From Vicugna vicugna (Eukaryota): a stretch of DNA of 64,000 bases. The stretch lies in assembly GCA_013265495.1 (NCBI GenBank), contig MU057487.1, positions 496,001 to 560,000 of the forward strand, written 5' to 3'. Shown here piece by piece: positions 27,520-40,540 of this stretch; within the stretch, counting starts at the first letter, position 1, and every line of letters begins with the position of its first letter. The notes below the pieces were generated by a model, which saw only the letters and a program-made list of their open reading frames with translations, was not told the DNA's origin and did no database searches. The translations under genes were made by a program, and so were the position numbers.

Positions 27520-29139
27520 TTAGCTATTTTTATTATGTTACTTTTGTTTTTGTACTCCATGCTTGCTCCTTTGTTAGAATTTGAGAGCAAACATATCTAT
27601 TTTGTTCAGTGGGCTCATAGCACAATAACATCATACCTGGAAAATATGATATGTGTATTTAATATTTTTTATAAATGTATATTGATTTAAATATGTATTT
27701 AGAGAATTCAAACTTATATAAAGTTATTGAGTTGAAATTTATCTCTCACCCAAACATTGGACCTATTACAACTCTAGGACATTCAAACTAAGTTATATTC
27801 CTTTATATAGTTACATAGTTATAGATTGTTAAATCTATCTTTATCTATGTTTGCTATCACAACCAAATCAACATTGAATTCATCAGTAAGTCAGTTGTAA
27901 AAATGTTGAATTTAAATTGCTTTAGATGCTAAAATTTCTATATATTCTAATCATTTAAAAAAGTCATTATCTTCTAAATACATGATAATTAAGCTTTTAA
28001 ATTTCTTCCAAATTTCCAAAAGTTGTTTAGTCTAAGAAAACTCAGTATACAAAAAGGTACAAAGTGGAAACGAACTAAATGAAGATGCACTTCTAAAAAT
28101 TTACCAAATAATACTTTGCTTTAAAAGGGCTTTAGATTTAAATAGAATGTTACCTCAACATAGCATCTGTACTTCTTATTTTTTAGAAACTTAACTCTTT
28201 GATAAAATTTTAGTTTTATCTATAAGCTAAATCAAAGTACTCCTGTTTTATTAATACAGTATGTTCAAGTTTTTAAGTGAATCACCAGAATATTTGTAAG
28301 AGGGAATTCTTAGATTTTGCCAATGTGTCAGCTCTCAGTTAAGTTTTCAATATGATGACTGAAAAGACTTCATGTTTAGATATAAGGAAGGACCAAAAAG
28401 ATTGGAAAGCTCGGTTGCTAACAAGGTTTTGCTGGAAGGGATTTGCAAATCGGTTTTAAGAACCGAACTCAGCTGACATTGATGGCCTCTGCTGGTTTCA
28501 GAAAAACGATAATGAGAAAATGTCCTGGCAGAATGTACTGCTCCTGAAAAAAAGTCTAAAAACTGACAGCTTCTTGTATAGATTTTTGAGAAATAGTAAA
28601 GAACCTCAAATGAAAATGATGTTAAATGGCAGGCATATTATCCCTCTAGGGGAAAATGTAATGAAAATCAAATGTTTTAGTGCTGTATTACCATTAAATG
28701 AGATGGTGAGGTGAACAGTTATTCTTTATATTTGATTAATGTGGACAGACAATCCAATAATTTGACCCACAAGCAAAAGAATACAGCATCAGACATTTTG
28801 AGGGAAATTTTTGCTCATATAATCTAGAGTATTGCTTCAGTTTTGGTATGAAGCCACTGGCTGTTGGCAAAAGAAAGAGTTTCTTTTTAATAAAAAGAGG
28901 TGATTTCTGGAATAATGAAGGTTTAAAGACTCTTCCCAGAATTCTGGGGGTTGTAAGAAACAAGTCCAGGCCAACCCCTAGCATATTCTACTTTTTATTA
29001 CTAAATAAAGTAAAAACTAAAACTAAAATCATTTTGGCATAAAATTATTTTACCACATTTAAGAGAGTCTTAAAGTACAATGTAAAATCATATTGCTTTA
29101 AACTAGCTCAACTCATAAATCAAGCTATTTATGGCTGTT

Positions 29140-29770
29140 TGTGTAGGCACAAGAGGATTCTTGTTTCATAGTGGCAGGGAACTTAGCTGAATTGTTTCTT
29201 GCAGACATATGGAAAGCAAAACTTGTAAATTATCAAAACAGAGGATTATTCCCAGGCCTTTAACCCTATGTTGTTTACCCAGCTAGATTCTGAATCTTTT
29301 TTTTCTTCCATTTTCTCTTTTTTGAATGAGAATACTTATGGCTGGTATACCATGACTGTCCCAGTATTGTATTTTGGGAGCAAATAACTTGTTTTCTGAT
29401 TTCACAGGCTCACAGATGCAGAGGAATTTTGCCCCAGGATGGATCAGGTCTTATTCATACCTCAGTAAGATGATTTAAATAATGAGACTTGGGAATTTTG
29501 AGCCGATGAGATTTAGATGAGATTTAGGACTTTGATGCTGTAATGAATTGAGACTTTTCGAGCTGTTGGAATGAAGTGAATACATTTTACATGAGGGATT
29601 GATGTGACTGTGTACCAGAGGGCAGACGGTGATACACAGGATAATGACCCCCTAAAGATGTCCACATCTAAACCTCCTGAACCTGTAAATATGTTGGTAT
29701 ATGACAAAGGGTAATTAAGGTTTCAGATGGAATTAAATTTGCTAATCATTTGAATTTGAGATAGAATTTT
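29140..29770 (+). mobile_element. MaLR internal region (MLT1-int) followed by a truncated MLT1 LTR (from about 29630)
   Basis: ttgtattttgggagcaaataacttg ... gactttgatgctgtaatg ... ccagagggcagac|gg tgatac ... aaagatgtccacatc ... cagatggaattaa. Confidence 0.75.
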
Positions 29771-30189
29771 TGCCTTAAATCACTCCTCTAATATTAAAAT
29801 TATTTTATATAATTTCTTTGTTTATATTTATCTGGTATGCTCTCACACATCTTTTTATTTTCAACTTTTTGAAAAATTTGATGTTAGGTAGGTCTGTTTG
29901 ATCTAGCATACTTTTGATTCTTTCTTTGGACTCCAATTTAATATATTAATTTTATTATAATCAGTGAGTTAAGCCAATATTCTTTTAATTGAAATGGCAG
30001 GTATATTTAGTCCAATTTCTGCCATATAATTCTTTTGTCAATTTTATACTTTTTAAAGCCTCTCACTGGGTGTTTGCTTTGCTTTGATTTTTTGTGTGGA
30101 CGTATGCATGTGGGTGTGCCTGTGAAGTTCTTCTGATATTTAGGAAAGTTTTCATTATTATTCTAGAAGTTGATTTTATGTTTTACTTG

Positions 30190-30750
30190 AAAATAAAATT
30201 ATTTTCAAGTGTGACATATATATAGAAGGACAAATAAAATGTGCGCAGCTCAATGCTTTTTTACAAAGTGAAAGTACCCATTTAATTATTGCTGAGGTAA
30301 AGAAATTGAATATCCCCAGCACCTATGAAGTGCCCCCACATCTTCTGTCAGTTGCTATCACACTTCTTAAACATAACTATCATTCTGACTTTTAAAACTG
30401 TAGATTAGTTTTGATTGTCTAGAACTGTATACAATTGGAATCATATAGAATTTATTCTTTTGTGTTCTTTTGATCAACATGTCTATGATATTCATCCATA
30501 GCTTGCTTACTTCTGCTGCTCTGTAGTATTCATTTGTACAACTATAAACACCATTTATCTCTTTCACATTTGATGAACAAGTAGATTGAACATTTAGAAC
30601 TTAGTTCTTGGCTCTTAGAAACACTGATGTTGTGAACATTCTTGTTCATTTCTGATGGTGCACACATGCACACATTTCAGTTAAATGTATAATTAAAAGT
30701 AAAGTTCTTTGCATAGTTTACACATATATTCAGCATGGGGTTTTATGAAT
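30190..30750 (-). mobile_element. Ancient L1M (L1MC/ME-like) 3' region
   Basis: ataactatcattctgactttt ... tggaatcatatag ... tgtgaacattcttgt. Confidence 0.75.
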
Positions 30751-30819
30751 ATTTTCCTGATATATCCCTGATATATATATTATTATGGTGCATCATACTA
30801 ATTAATTTTCAAAAACAGC

Positions 30820-31010
30820 CACCTCCAACAAATTAGATAACCTAGATGAAATGGAAACAATTCTTAGAAACACATAAACCAGCAAAATTGACTCAAAACG
30901 GAATGTAAGATCTGAACAGACCTGTAGTAGGTAAAGAGATTAAGTCAGTAATCCTAGCTTCCCAAAAAGGTAAGTCTAGAACTGCATGTCTTGACTTGTT
31001 AATTCTACCA
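30820..31010 (+). mobile_element. L1 ORF2 fragment
   Basis: aacaaattagataacctagatgaaatgga (NKLDNLDEM) ... ctgaacagacct ... aaagagatt. Confidence 0.8.
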
Positions 31011-33369
31011 TTTCTGTTTTTGAAATTTCTAATGGCATAGAACTAGACTTTTAAATGTAGTTTTAGAATAATTGCCTTTTAAAAGGAAAGTTTAATGTGT
31101 TTGTGGATTTAATATTAGTTCAGTATCCTTGGTGCGCACGTGTGTGTGTGTGTGTGTGTGTATTTATTATAAGCTGATCTCAGATTTATTTTTTGATGAG
31201 CATTCAGAGATCCCTAGATTTTGAAAGAATCTTTAAATATTGATTTCAGATGGCATTCGTTTGGTTTCTAGTAGTTTTAAGTAAACTTAGGCCAGTTTTT
31301 ATGATAATTTCTGTGCTTATGGCTCTTGTACCATATAGGCTATGTAAATTCAGACATTACACATGTACATTGTGACTTTTCCCTGTGTGTTTTCAATCCT
31401 AGTCCCTGGACTGACTTGAAACATACTCAGTCTGGTGGACAAAACCTTCAGTCCCTCTATGGGATTTTGCAGCCCAAACAAGCTCAGCTCCTGGCTTTGT
31501 GCTAAGGTGTCAGTTTCAGCCTCCTGATTTCCATAGTTCACTAAAGAGTCTTTCACATGACCAAAGGATGTTAGAAACCATTTTCAGTTCCCTAGGGCTT
31601 CATTTACAGAGGCCAAATCCTTGTGGGCTACTCATTACCTCATGCTTATTGTTCAGCTTTGATTCCTCTCAACATTTCCAGCACCCGGGAATTACTTTTT
31701 ATTTCTTGGTTTTATTTTATTCTGTATTTTTTATAGTTTCAGATAATTGCAGTAAGAGGAATATCTGTATCAACTTAGTTGACCACATTGTGAGAAGTTT
31801 TAGCAATTAAACAAAAATCTATTTTTAATGATTAAAAAATTCGGAGTAGTTAAGAAAATTAGGGTGTATTAACAAGTCATATAGCTATTGATACAAAGTT
31901 CGTAAGAACATTTTTTCCTTCAAATGGTAAGATCTAGAAATTGGAGACTAGGATGATTTGCACTGGATATGTTAAAAGAATTTGTTAATGAAGTTTCTAA
32001 ACCATTGGATTTACTTTTGAAAAGCCTCAAATTGGTGTGCTTTGACCTTTTGTTCAAGTAAGGAAAATACATCAGTTTAAAAAAAAGAATTGCAAGAGAT
32101 CCTGACAGCATGGTTGCCAGCCCAGAATACAAGCCAGCAGCACTGGAAAATTAGCCCTCTATATGGTACTGCTAACTTTCCCACCATGTGGACTTCATAT
32201 GCTCACTTCTTAGTCCTTCTTTCTCCCTTCCTCCCACTGCTTTCTCCCTTCCTTTCTTCCACAAATACTTACAGAGGACACAAAGTTATATTATCTATAG
32301 CATGGAAGAATTATTCTTGTGGCCTGGAGCCTTTCATCTGGGAGCTCCATACTGTCGTCCAATGGCCCGGCAACTCAAGACACTGTCCACCCACAAACGA
32401 TTGCTGAGAATAATTCAAGATCTTTATAACTCATTCATTCTCTATTTTCACTTTAGAAACCTCTCACTCATTATTATTCATGACCTACTTCTCTGCTTCC
32501 ATGTGAACTTATGTGCCCTTTTCCCATGTGACATTAAATCAAACGCAGTGAGAATCCACTGTCTTCCGTCAAGGAACGCTTCTTTTTCTCTCTCTTCCAC
32601 AGAAATATGCATAGCTCTTGCTTTAATCCACAGTCTTAAAGCAGATTCCCTACCCTCAACCCCAGGACTGCTTTAGAAACAGAGGCCACTAAAAAATAAA
32701 TAGTAATGAAAATCTTAGCGATCAGTTGGAATCTATTGGATAAGCTCACTTTTGACTCTAGTAAAAAACTAAAGCTTCAAATTGCATTCAAACCTTGCAG
32801 AATTTAAGCTCCAAATGGGTCCATTCTGACCTAGTCCTCTGAAATCCTATAGCCAATAGCTTGCTATAACACAAGATGATTTTGGAGTCATTTCAAAAAT
32901 GGGACCACCTTCATATCAGCTTATTTCCTAACAAAGACTTTTAAAAAATTGAAAACACTTAAATTTTAAGAGATCTTAAAGATTAGCAAATATATAGTGG
33001 GCAGCTGAAAAACAGAAAAGCATCTATTCATATGTCTTCTGTTCTGATAAATGGGAAGATTTTGAGCCTACATTTCTGTGGCAAGTGGATAATGTTTAGC
33101 CACAGCTGCCTGCTCCTACCTCAGGGCCTTTGTGCTAGCTGCCTGAAGCCCCCCTCTCTCAGACCTTCATGCAGTACAGCTCTCAGTGGAAGTGTTGTCC
33201 CTTCAGAGATACTTCCCTGGCCAACCAATGTACACCGTGCTCCTCTTCATTCATGTCATGTGACTCTTCAAAGACCCTCTACCTAAACTGCATCACCATG
33301 TGATAACTTTTTATTACTTATCACTTTAATATCTCTTTTCTCCCTCACTCCACCTATGAATTTATATGC

Positions 33370-34145
33370 CTAGTAATATTTATTGAACCCCAGACATTGT
33401 CAACTGTACCTTGTGGATTATCAGATATTTGTATTCCTAAGAATATTCTTGAGCTTGTTATTGGAGGAAGTGAAGTTATTTAGAAATAATTTGGGATTTA
33501 TTTATTTTTAGCATCTTGATTTTAAGCTTTGTTAGACAAGTCCAAAAGAGCACTTAGTCTAGGGTCTAATTTCCTCCAACTACTAAGGCAAGACCTTTCT
33601 TAGTACTTTAGCCAACTTTCAATGAAACATATTTTCCATGCCAGCTGTTGAGAATAGTTACTATTCCCAACTCTGTGTAACCTCTAGGCACGCTTCCTTC
33701 AAATTCCTTTTGGCTGTTTGTTTTCTCAACCTTAGGTAATTTCATCACATTCTAATATTTAACTGAATACTTTTGGGAGAAGCACTGAAGACTGTTCTCT
33801 CTTGGCAGCTCTCCCCTTTGCAGTACTTTGTGCTGGGAACTCTGGTCACCTCGGTCTCCCCCGACGCCCAGCTCTGTCCACTAAACTCAGTGAATCCACT
33901 AGACTCTGCCTAAGTTCATTCCTTCCCAGTCCTCTTCTTACTCCTTTTGTTGTGACTTGGAAGTCTCCACACAGAACCCACAAGCAACTGTAGGACTCAT
34001 CTCATTTGTCGCTCAGCTTTCAGAGATTGCTGTCTTTCATTGTCCAATGTAAAACGTCTTGCAGGCCATTGTTTTATATATTTTGTCCAGTGTTTTAGTT
34101 TTTTCAGTCAGAAGTGTAAATTTGGTACTTGTTACTCCATTAACT
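33370..34145 (-). mobile_element. Ancient L1M 5'-region fragment
   Basis: aatattcttgagctt ... agtctagggtctaattt ... actactaaggcaagacc ... tatattttgtccag ... ttgttactccat. Confidence 0.65.
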
Positions 34146-34894
34146 TTAAGTTTAATTTAAAAAGTAAGGACATTTCTGGTCTCACTCATTAATGAATTCT
34201 CAGGATCTGATAGTCATTGACACTAAGTAGGATATCAGCAAACGTTTATTAAGTGAAAAAAATATAAAAGATTTGAATCAGCTAAGAGATCTGAATTGAA
34301 TTAGTCAGAGGATCTAGATTTATTTTTCAATGAATAAAAATTACACTCTAAATGAATTACATGAAATGTAAAATCAAAATTACCATATAAATATATGTTA
34401 TCTTTTATTCATTTTCTTGTATTATCATAATGATTTACTAAGTTCCAGATACACTCAACTGATCACTTTTTATCATTAAGAACTCTTTGTCATTAAGAAT
34501 GTGCACATGTCTGATTCTGGTGCAAAACATGCAAATATTGTTCCCAAATTCCAATAGCTACAGGCATTAGCTATAAACCTTTTTTAAAAATTAATAATAT
34601 TTGTTATGTTAAAAGTATTTTGGTCAGTTTTGGGGGTGTTTTATATTTTTTGATGCTCCTTAGCATGTAGTTATCTGTCCTTGAGAAAGAAAAGGTGAAG
34701 TGATCCAAATGTATAAACCATGGAACAATAGCTTTCAGAAAGAATAACTATTTCAAAGAATAGTAGCTTTTAATTTCTATTATGTATACTTTAGAACTAA
34801 AAATAATCATTTAAATCACCTTTCACTCATCTAACAGATCAGAAGTTCACAACTAATCCTGAATTTCAGGGAAAATATCACAGCGTGTTATAGT

Positions 34895-35570
34895 GAGTGG
34901 TATGCTGGTAAATGTTTAACGACTGCCTCTCTTAAAAATTAAGCAAAGCAGAATAATGAAGCCCTGATTTGTAATGTTTGCTCATTGTTATGAGTTAAAT
35001 TGCGTCTTCTAGATAGATATGTTGACTATATTGAATACAAATCCCCAGTACCTCAGATGTGGCCTCATTTGGCAGTAGAATTGTTGCAAGTGTAATTAGT
35101 CAGGATGAAGTTATACTGGAGTAGGGTAGGCCTTTAATCCAATATGACTGATGTCCTTAGAAGTAGAGAAGACACTTCGATGCATAGACACACATAGGGG
35201 ACACGGTGTGACAATAGAGGCAGGGACTGGAGTCATGCAGCTGCAAGCTAAGGAGTGCCATGGACTGATGGCCACCACCAGCCTCTCAGAAGAAGCAACC
35301 TCAGAGTCTCTCGTGACTCAGAGGAAGCATGCTGCAGGGAACCATGGTTTCAGATTTCTAGCCTCCAGAACATTGAGAGAATACATTTCTGCTGTTTTAA
35401 GCCACCTAGCTTGTGGTACTTTGTTATGGAATCTGATATACACATGAAGTAAGTACTCTTGGCATGGCCAGTTTCAACCAACTTACACGAAGTCACTTAC
35501 TAGAGCCGGGAAAACGATGCTAACAATGGGTACTTGCTGGCCGGTATGAGCCACCTCCAGCATACCACTG
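34895..35570. mobile_element. MER63-like hAT-Blackjack MITE split by an MLT1 LTR
   Basis: TIRs gagtggtatgctgg (34895) and ccagcataccactg (ends 35570). Degenerate 8-bp TSD gttatagt/atcatagt. Internal aagccctgatttgta. Confidence 0.8.
34986..35442 (+). mobile_element. MaLR solo LTR (MLT1B/C-like)
   Basis: tgttatgagttaaattg ... taatccaatatgactgatgtcctt ... agcctccagaac ... tgttttaagccacc ... ataca. Confidence 0.88.
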
Positions 35571-35624
35571 ATCATAGTGTTTTCTATGAATTCTTGAATA
35601 CAAACTAGTTCATAGAGTCTTTTA

Positions 35625-36860
35625 TCCATTAATTCATGTAACAAATATATAATGAGCACCTACTATAAGCCAAGAACTAGTATAAATTCTGGGGTCATAT
35701 ATGGGAACAAAAAAGATGAAAACCTCTCTGTGTGGAACTCCCATTTTACTGGAAGGATGTAGAAATTTATTTATATGGTATGTCAGATAGTGATATTTTT
35801 AGGAGAAAATGGGAGTAGAAAAGAGGAATAGAGAGAAGGAATACAGCTTTAAATAGGGAAAGACCCCAAGAGAACGTGGTATTTGACACTGAAGGAAGAC
35901 ATGAAGGAATGAAAAGAGTAAGCTCTGCAAATATCCAAGTGAAGAGAATTCCAGAATTCCAGGCAGAAAAAATAGCCAGTGCGAAGATCCTAAGGCCAGG
36001 GTGTCCCTGGCTCATTGAGGAACAGCAAGGTGGCCAATGTGGCTGATGCAGAGCAAAATGTAGAAGAACAGTAGAGATGAGAGAGGTAAAGTGGATCAGA
36101 GAGTGCAGGGCTTTTTAAGGTACTCATTGAAAGTCTTTGGATGAGATGAAAAGGCACTGATCAAAAAGATACATTCACCCTAATGTTCATGACAGTACTA
36201 TTTACAATAGCCAAGAGATGGATACAACCTAAATGGCCATTGACAGATGACTGGAGAAAGAAGTTGTGGTATATTTATACAATGGAATACTACTCAGCCA
36301 TAAAAATAATAAAATAATGCAATTTGCAGCAACATGGATGGACCTGGAGATTGTCATTCTAAGTGAAATAAGCCAGAAAGAGAAAGAGAAAAAAAATACC
36401 ATATGATATTACTTATATCTGAAATCTTTGAAAGACAAATGGACTTATTTACAAAACAGAAAGACTGACAGGCATAGAAAACAAACTTATGGTTACCAGA
36501 GGGGAAGTGGGTAGGAAGGGATAAATTGGGAGTTCGAGATTTGCAGATACTAATATATATATATTAGATAAATAACAAGTTTATACTGTATGGCACAGGG
36601 AACTATATTCAATATCTTGTAGTAACTTATGGTGAAAAAGAATATGAAAACGAACATATGTATGTTCTGGCTATGACTGAAGCTTTATGCTGTACACTAG
36701 AAATTGACACAACATTGTAAACTTACTATACACACACACACACACACACACATATATACCAAAAAAAAGAGAGAAAAAAAAGCATTGGCACTGGTGGATT
36801 TTAAGCAGAGGAGTGCCAGCATCTAATTTATGCTCTGAGTAGAATCACTCTGCCTTCTTA
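35625..36860 (-). mobile_element. LINE-2 fragment interrupted by an L1 (36160-36781)
   Basis: ttcatgtaacaaatatataatgagcacctacta ... gaggaacagcaagg ... gatgagatg [L1] ggattttaagcagagg ... gaatcactctg. Confidence 0.8.
36160..36781 (+). mobile_element. 5'-truncated lineage-specific LINE-1 3' end, same subfamily as 661-1477
   Basis: Aligns by eye with 900-1470 (caatggaatactactcagccat, gcaacatggatggacctggagattg, gggataaattgggagttc). (CA)n plus A-rich tail. Confidence 0.93.
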
Positions 36861-38026
36861 TTGAATTCTTTTTCTAAGAAGTCTCTTGCCTCACTTCAGT
36901 TGGTTCTTAACATTTATCTGGGAAACTGCAGCCTTTCACACATTGCACAGGGACCTGAAAAATAAAGGTTCAGCAGCAATAAAACTTCCAGGGATTTAAA
37001 ACAGAGAGCAAAGAATGGTGGTTTAGATCTATACAATTTTGCAATAAAGAATGAAGCCACCACAGCCTTCACAACAAAATGAAGTCTACCGGTAGTCATG
37101 GATTCATTTATCATGAGCATCAAGGTGGAGTTTCTGAAATGTCCTTTTTTTGAACTGTTGTAATAGCAATGTCTGTATCTTAACAATTTCTAGAGTATAA
37201 AGGACAGACAGCCCTTCTAGAACAGTGCTTCTTAAACTCTCTTCTTTTTATTATTTTTTCTTAATTTCCCAGCTAGTGCAGAGTTGTACTTTGATAAAAT
37301 ACAATAAAGATAAATTACTAAGAAATTAAATACAGCATAAAGACATGCAGAATACAAGCCCAAAGTTGTATTATTAGATTTAATCAGCATAAAATCTCAT
37401 CTCAGTAAATATAATAAAAATAAACAAAACAAAGGAGAAAAGAGAATTACAAAAATTGTATCCATTATTCATTGAAAGTGTGTGCCTAGTTGATTAGTAG
37501 AGAAAATTTACTATTATAACTTTTAGATGTTTTATTATTATAAATAAACAAAAAGTTGTTAGTGAAGTAGGGGTTCCCTATGGTAAATGCCTACATACAC
37601 ACTTTGAAAAAACACCATGCCTATCAATATTTTAAAATTTTAATATGATAAGTGAGTTTATTAAATTATCTAATCTTGGTTGGAATAACAATGGTATTTG
37701 CATAGGATTATGTATGTTCTTTATTTTGTTTTCTTAACATTCCTAGTAGAATAACCAGCCTCACAGAAGTCTACTGATGGAAATGGAAAAACAGATTTTA
37801 CAACACTTTCAGCGAGTTTGGGAGATATATTTTAAATTTTTGAAACAAGTAAAGCAAGTGAAGCTGTATTTTCAAAAGTCACTTTCAATTCTTTATCAGT
37901 AACCGGCTCCAATAATTTATTCCATGACATTTTGGTTCAGTTTATCTTTTGATAAAATAAGTGAATTCTGGATTCATTAATTTCTTATATGAGGATTTGT
38001 AAATGAATGATCAGTATTCTTCCATC

Positions 38027-38402
38027 TGCAATGGACTGAATTAAGTGCCCCCAAATTCATCTGTTGAAACACTAACCTCTGATGTGGCTGTATTTGGAGA
38101 TGGGGCCTTTAGGGAGTTATTTAAGGTTAAATAAGGTTATAAGGGTGAGGCCTTACTCTAATAGGACTAGTGTTATAAGAAAAAAACACCAGAGAACTTG
38201 TTCTCTCTCACTGTGTTTCTATGTACCAAGGAAAGGCCATATGAGGATGTAGTTGGCAAGCCAGGAAGAGAGCCCTCAGCAAAACTGAATCAGTTGGAGC
38301 CTTGATCTTGGACTTCTATTCTCCATAACTAAGAGAAAATGAACTTCTGCTGTTTGAAGTTACCAGTCTATAGAATTGTTAGGCAGCCCAAGGATACTAA
38401 AG
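38027..38402 (+). mobile_element. MaLR solo LTR (MLT1A-like) nested in the Charlie element
   Basis: tgcaatggactgaa ... gtatttggagatggggccttt ... ccttgatcttggacttc ... gcagccc. Possible 5-bp TSD ccatc/caatc. Confidence 0.88.
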
Positions 38403-38759
38403 CAATCAAATTCATCACGTTTGCTGTCAACACTTTGCAGTTGATAATTTCCTACTGATTGATAATTATTTTAAAATTAAACCTGTGATGCAGCAATATA
38501 TAACAAAACTTCTTCTTCCAAGTTTCTAATTTTTAATTTTGCTCTTTGATCTTAGCTCCTATTTGGTAAAATAGAATTATTTCTTTTCATAGAAATATAG
38601 AGATTATTAACTATATCTATTAGCCAGTAGAACAAGGCAGCCTTTACTATTGATATGTTTAAATATTGGGACCAGCCTTATTTCTTGTCCTGAAGAAACA
38701 CTAAGAATTTATTTTGTAGTACAGACACTCTTTCCTTAATACCAAAAATAGCTGTTTAT

Positions 38760-38955
38760 GGTCAGGTTCCATATTATCATAACTGGCTGTATGGGAAAAG
38801 ATTTTAAAAGAATCCCTGATTTATAGCATTTACTAGTTTCCTTGAGGTATATATCCCCATCATGCGTAATTTAAACCTACCAACATAAAGTTACCGAGAA
38901 AAAGCTGATAATCAGTTCTGATGAGCCAGTGAAAGCCACCTCCAGTACATTGGGT
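38760..38955. mobile_element. MER63-like MITE nested in the Charlie element
   Basis: atccctgatttatagcattt ... gagccagtgaaagccacctccagtac parallels the 34895-35570 copy. Confidence 0.7.
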
Positions 38956-39704
38956 CTTACGTAACTCAGACTTTGTGCTGTGTCACTAAGCGTTGTTTAT
39001 GTCAGCTGACTTTTTAAAAAAATCGAGACTTTCTCAGTGAGGGAAGCACTGCATTGATTTACATTCTCTCCCAAGCTGCTTAAGTAACTACTTCAGCATG
39101 TTTTCCTGATGTTGGCAGTTGCAGCATCAGAACATACCTTTGTATAAAACAAAAACTGTCAACCACATTTGTTGACAAAATAATTCCTCAGAATTTCCTA
39201 AAATTTAAAGCTAGTTGCATTTCTCAGCCATGAAACTAAAAGAATTTAAATCAGAGCAGAGACTCCTTTCTTCAAATCTTTATCCTTTTCAAATTGCACG
39301 TATACTAAAAGAACTGCCACAAAATGCAGTATCTGCACATTCATCAAGTTACAATGAAAGAATGCTTTAACAGCTTTGTTTATTCAGTGAGTTGGTTTTC
39401 CATATCATTAGGCAGTTTGGGAAATCATCGAGCTATGATGGCATCAGAAAGCTGTACCTGAGCTGCTTCATTATCAGAGTCTCTGAACATTTCTCAGCAA
39501 ATATCTCTAATGCTCATTCACTAATGTCTTGTCTGTCTTGTCAACTGTATACGTATTTTAGTCTTAGCAATCTGAAATGCCACTTCAAATAAAACTAATG
39601 TTTATCGATAGACTATTGAACATGGACTTATCAGCTTTTTAATTCAGTGCATTTTCTTTCAATTATTTTGGTTTAAAATTTTAATCCTTTATGTTTTATA
39701 TATA

Positions 39705-40540
39705 CAGTGGTCCCCCCTTACCCTTGGGTGATTCATTCTAAGATCCCCAGTGGATGCCTGAAACTGTAGATAGTACTGAATACTATATACACTATGTTTT
39801 TTTCCTCCTATATATGCATACCTATGATAAAGTTTAATTTATAAATTAGGCTCAGTAAGCGATTAACAAGAACTAATAATCAAATAAAACAATTAAAGTA
39901 ATGTACTGCAATATATTGAACGTGGTCTCTCTTTCAAAATATCCTATTATACAAGTTTACTGCCTTTTTCATCTGAACTAAGCACTAATCACGCACTACA
40001 GATGTAATTTTGCAGTTTGAGGGGCAGCAGCAAAACTAGCACATATTTCTTTTTCCTTCTTCACAATTTCTTGCATAGAAGATTTTTTCTTGCTGTAGTT
40101 GCTAAGGCAACGTCGACAATTTTTTTCCTTCCTAATTTAAGTCGAGAAAGTTCACTTTTTCACTTAAATGAAGCACTTTATGGCTTTTCTTTGGCATATC
40201 TGAATTGTCAGTGTCACCACTCTTGCACTTTGAGGCCATTATTAAGCAGAATAAGTGTTACTTGAACACAATTAATACCTCGACAGTCAATCTGGTAACT
40301 GAGATGAGATGGCTGCTAAGTGACTAAGAGTTGGAATAGCCTGGAAAAAAGGAGATTCACGTCTTGGGCTGGGTGGAGCATGGCTCTGACGTTCCATCAC
40401 GCTACTCAGAACAGCCCATAATTTAAAACGTATAAACCGTTTATTTCTGGAATTTTTGTTCAGTATTTTCAGACCATGGTTGACTATGGATAACTGAAAC
40501 AGAGGAAAGCAAAACCATAGAAAAGGGTGGGGGCTCCTAC
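39705..40540 (-). mobile_element. MER44/Tigger7-type TcMar-Tigger element nested in the Charlie BED domain
   Basis: ta|cagtggtcccccctta TIR; catacctatgataaagtttaatttataaattagg; catcacgctactcagaac; tttatttctggaattttt; degenerate right TIR gggggctcctac. Confidence 0.88.

Noticed and set aside
32090..32676. Overlapping 105-aa and 162-aa ORFs (the longest in the window)
   Set aside because: Non-ATG starts, Leu/Ser/Phe-rich composition typical of pyrimidine-rich intron, and no recognisable domain.
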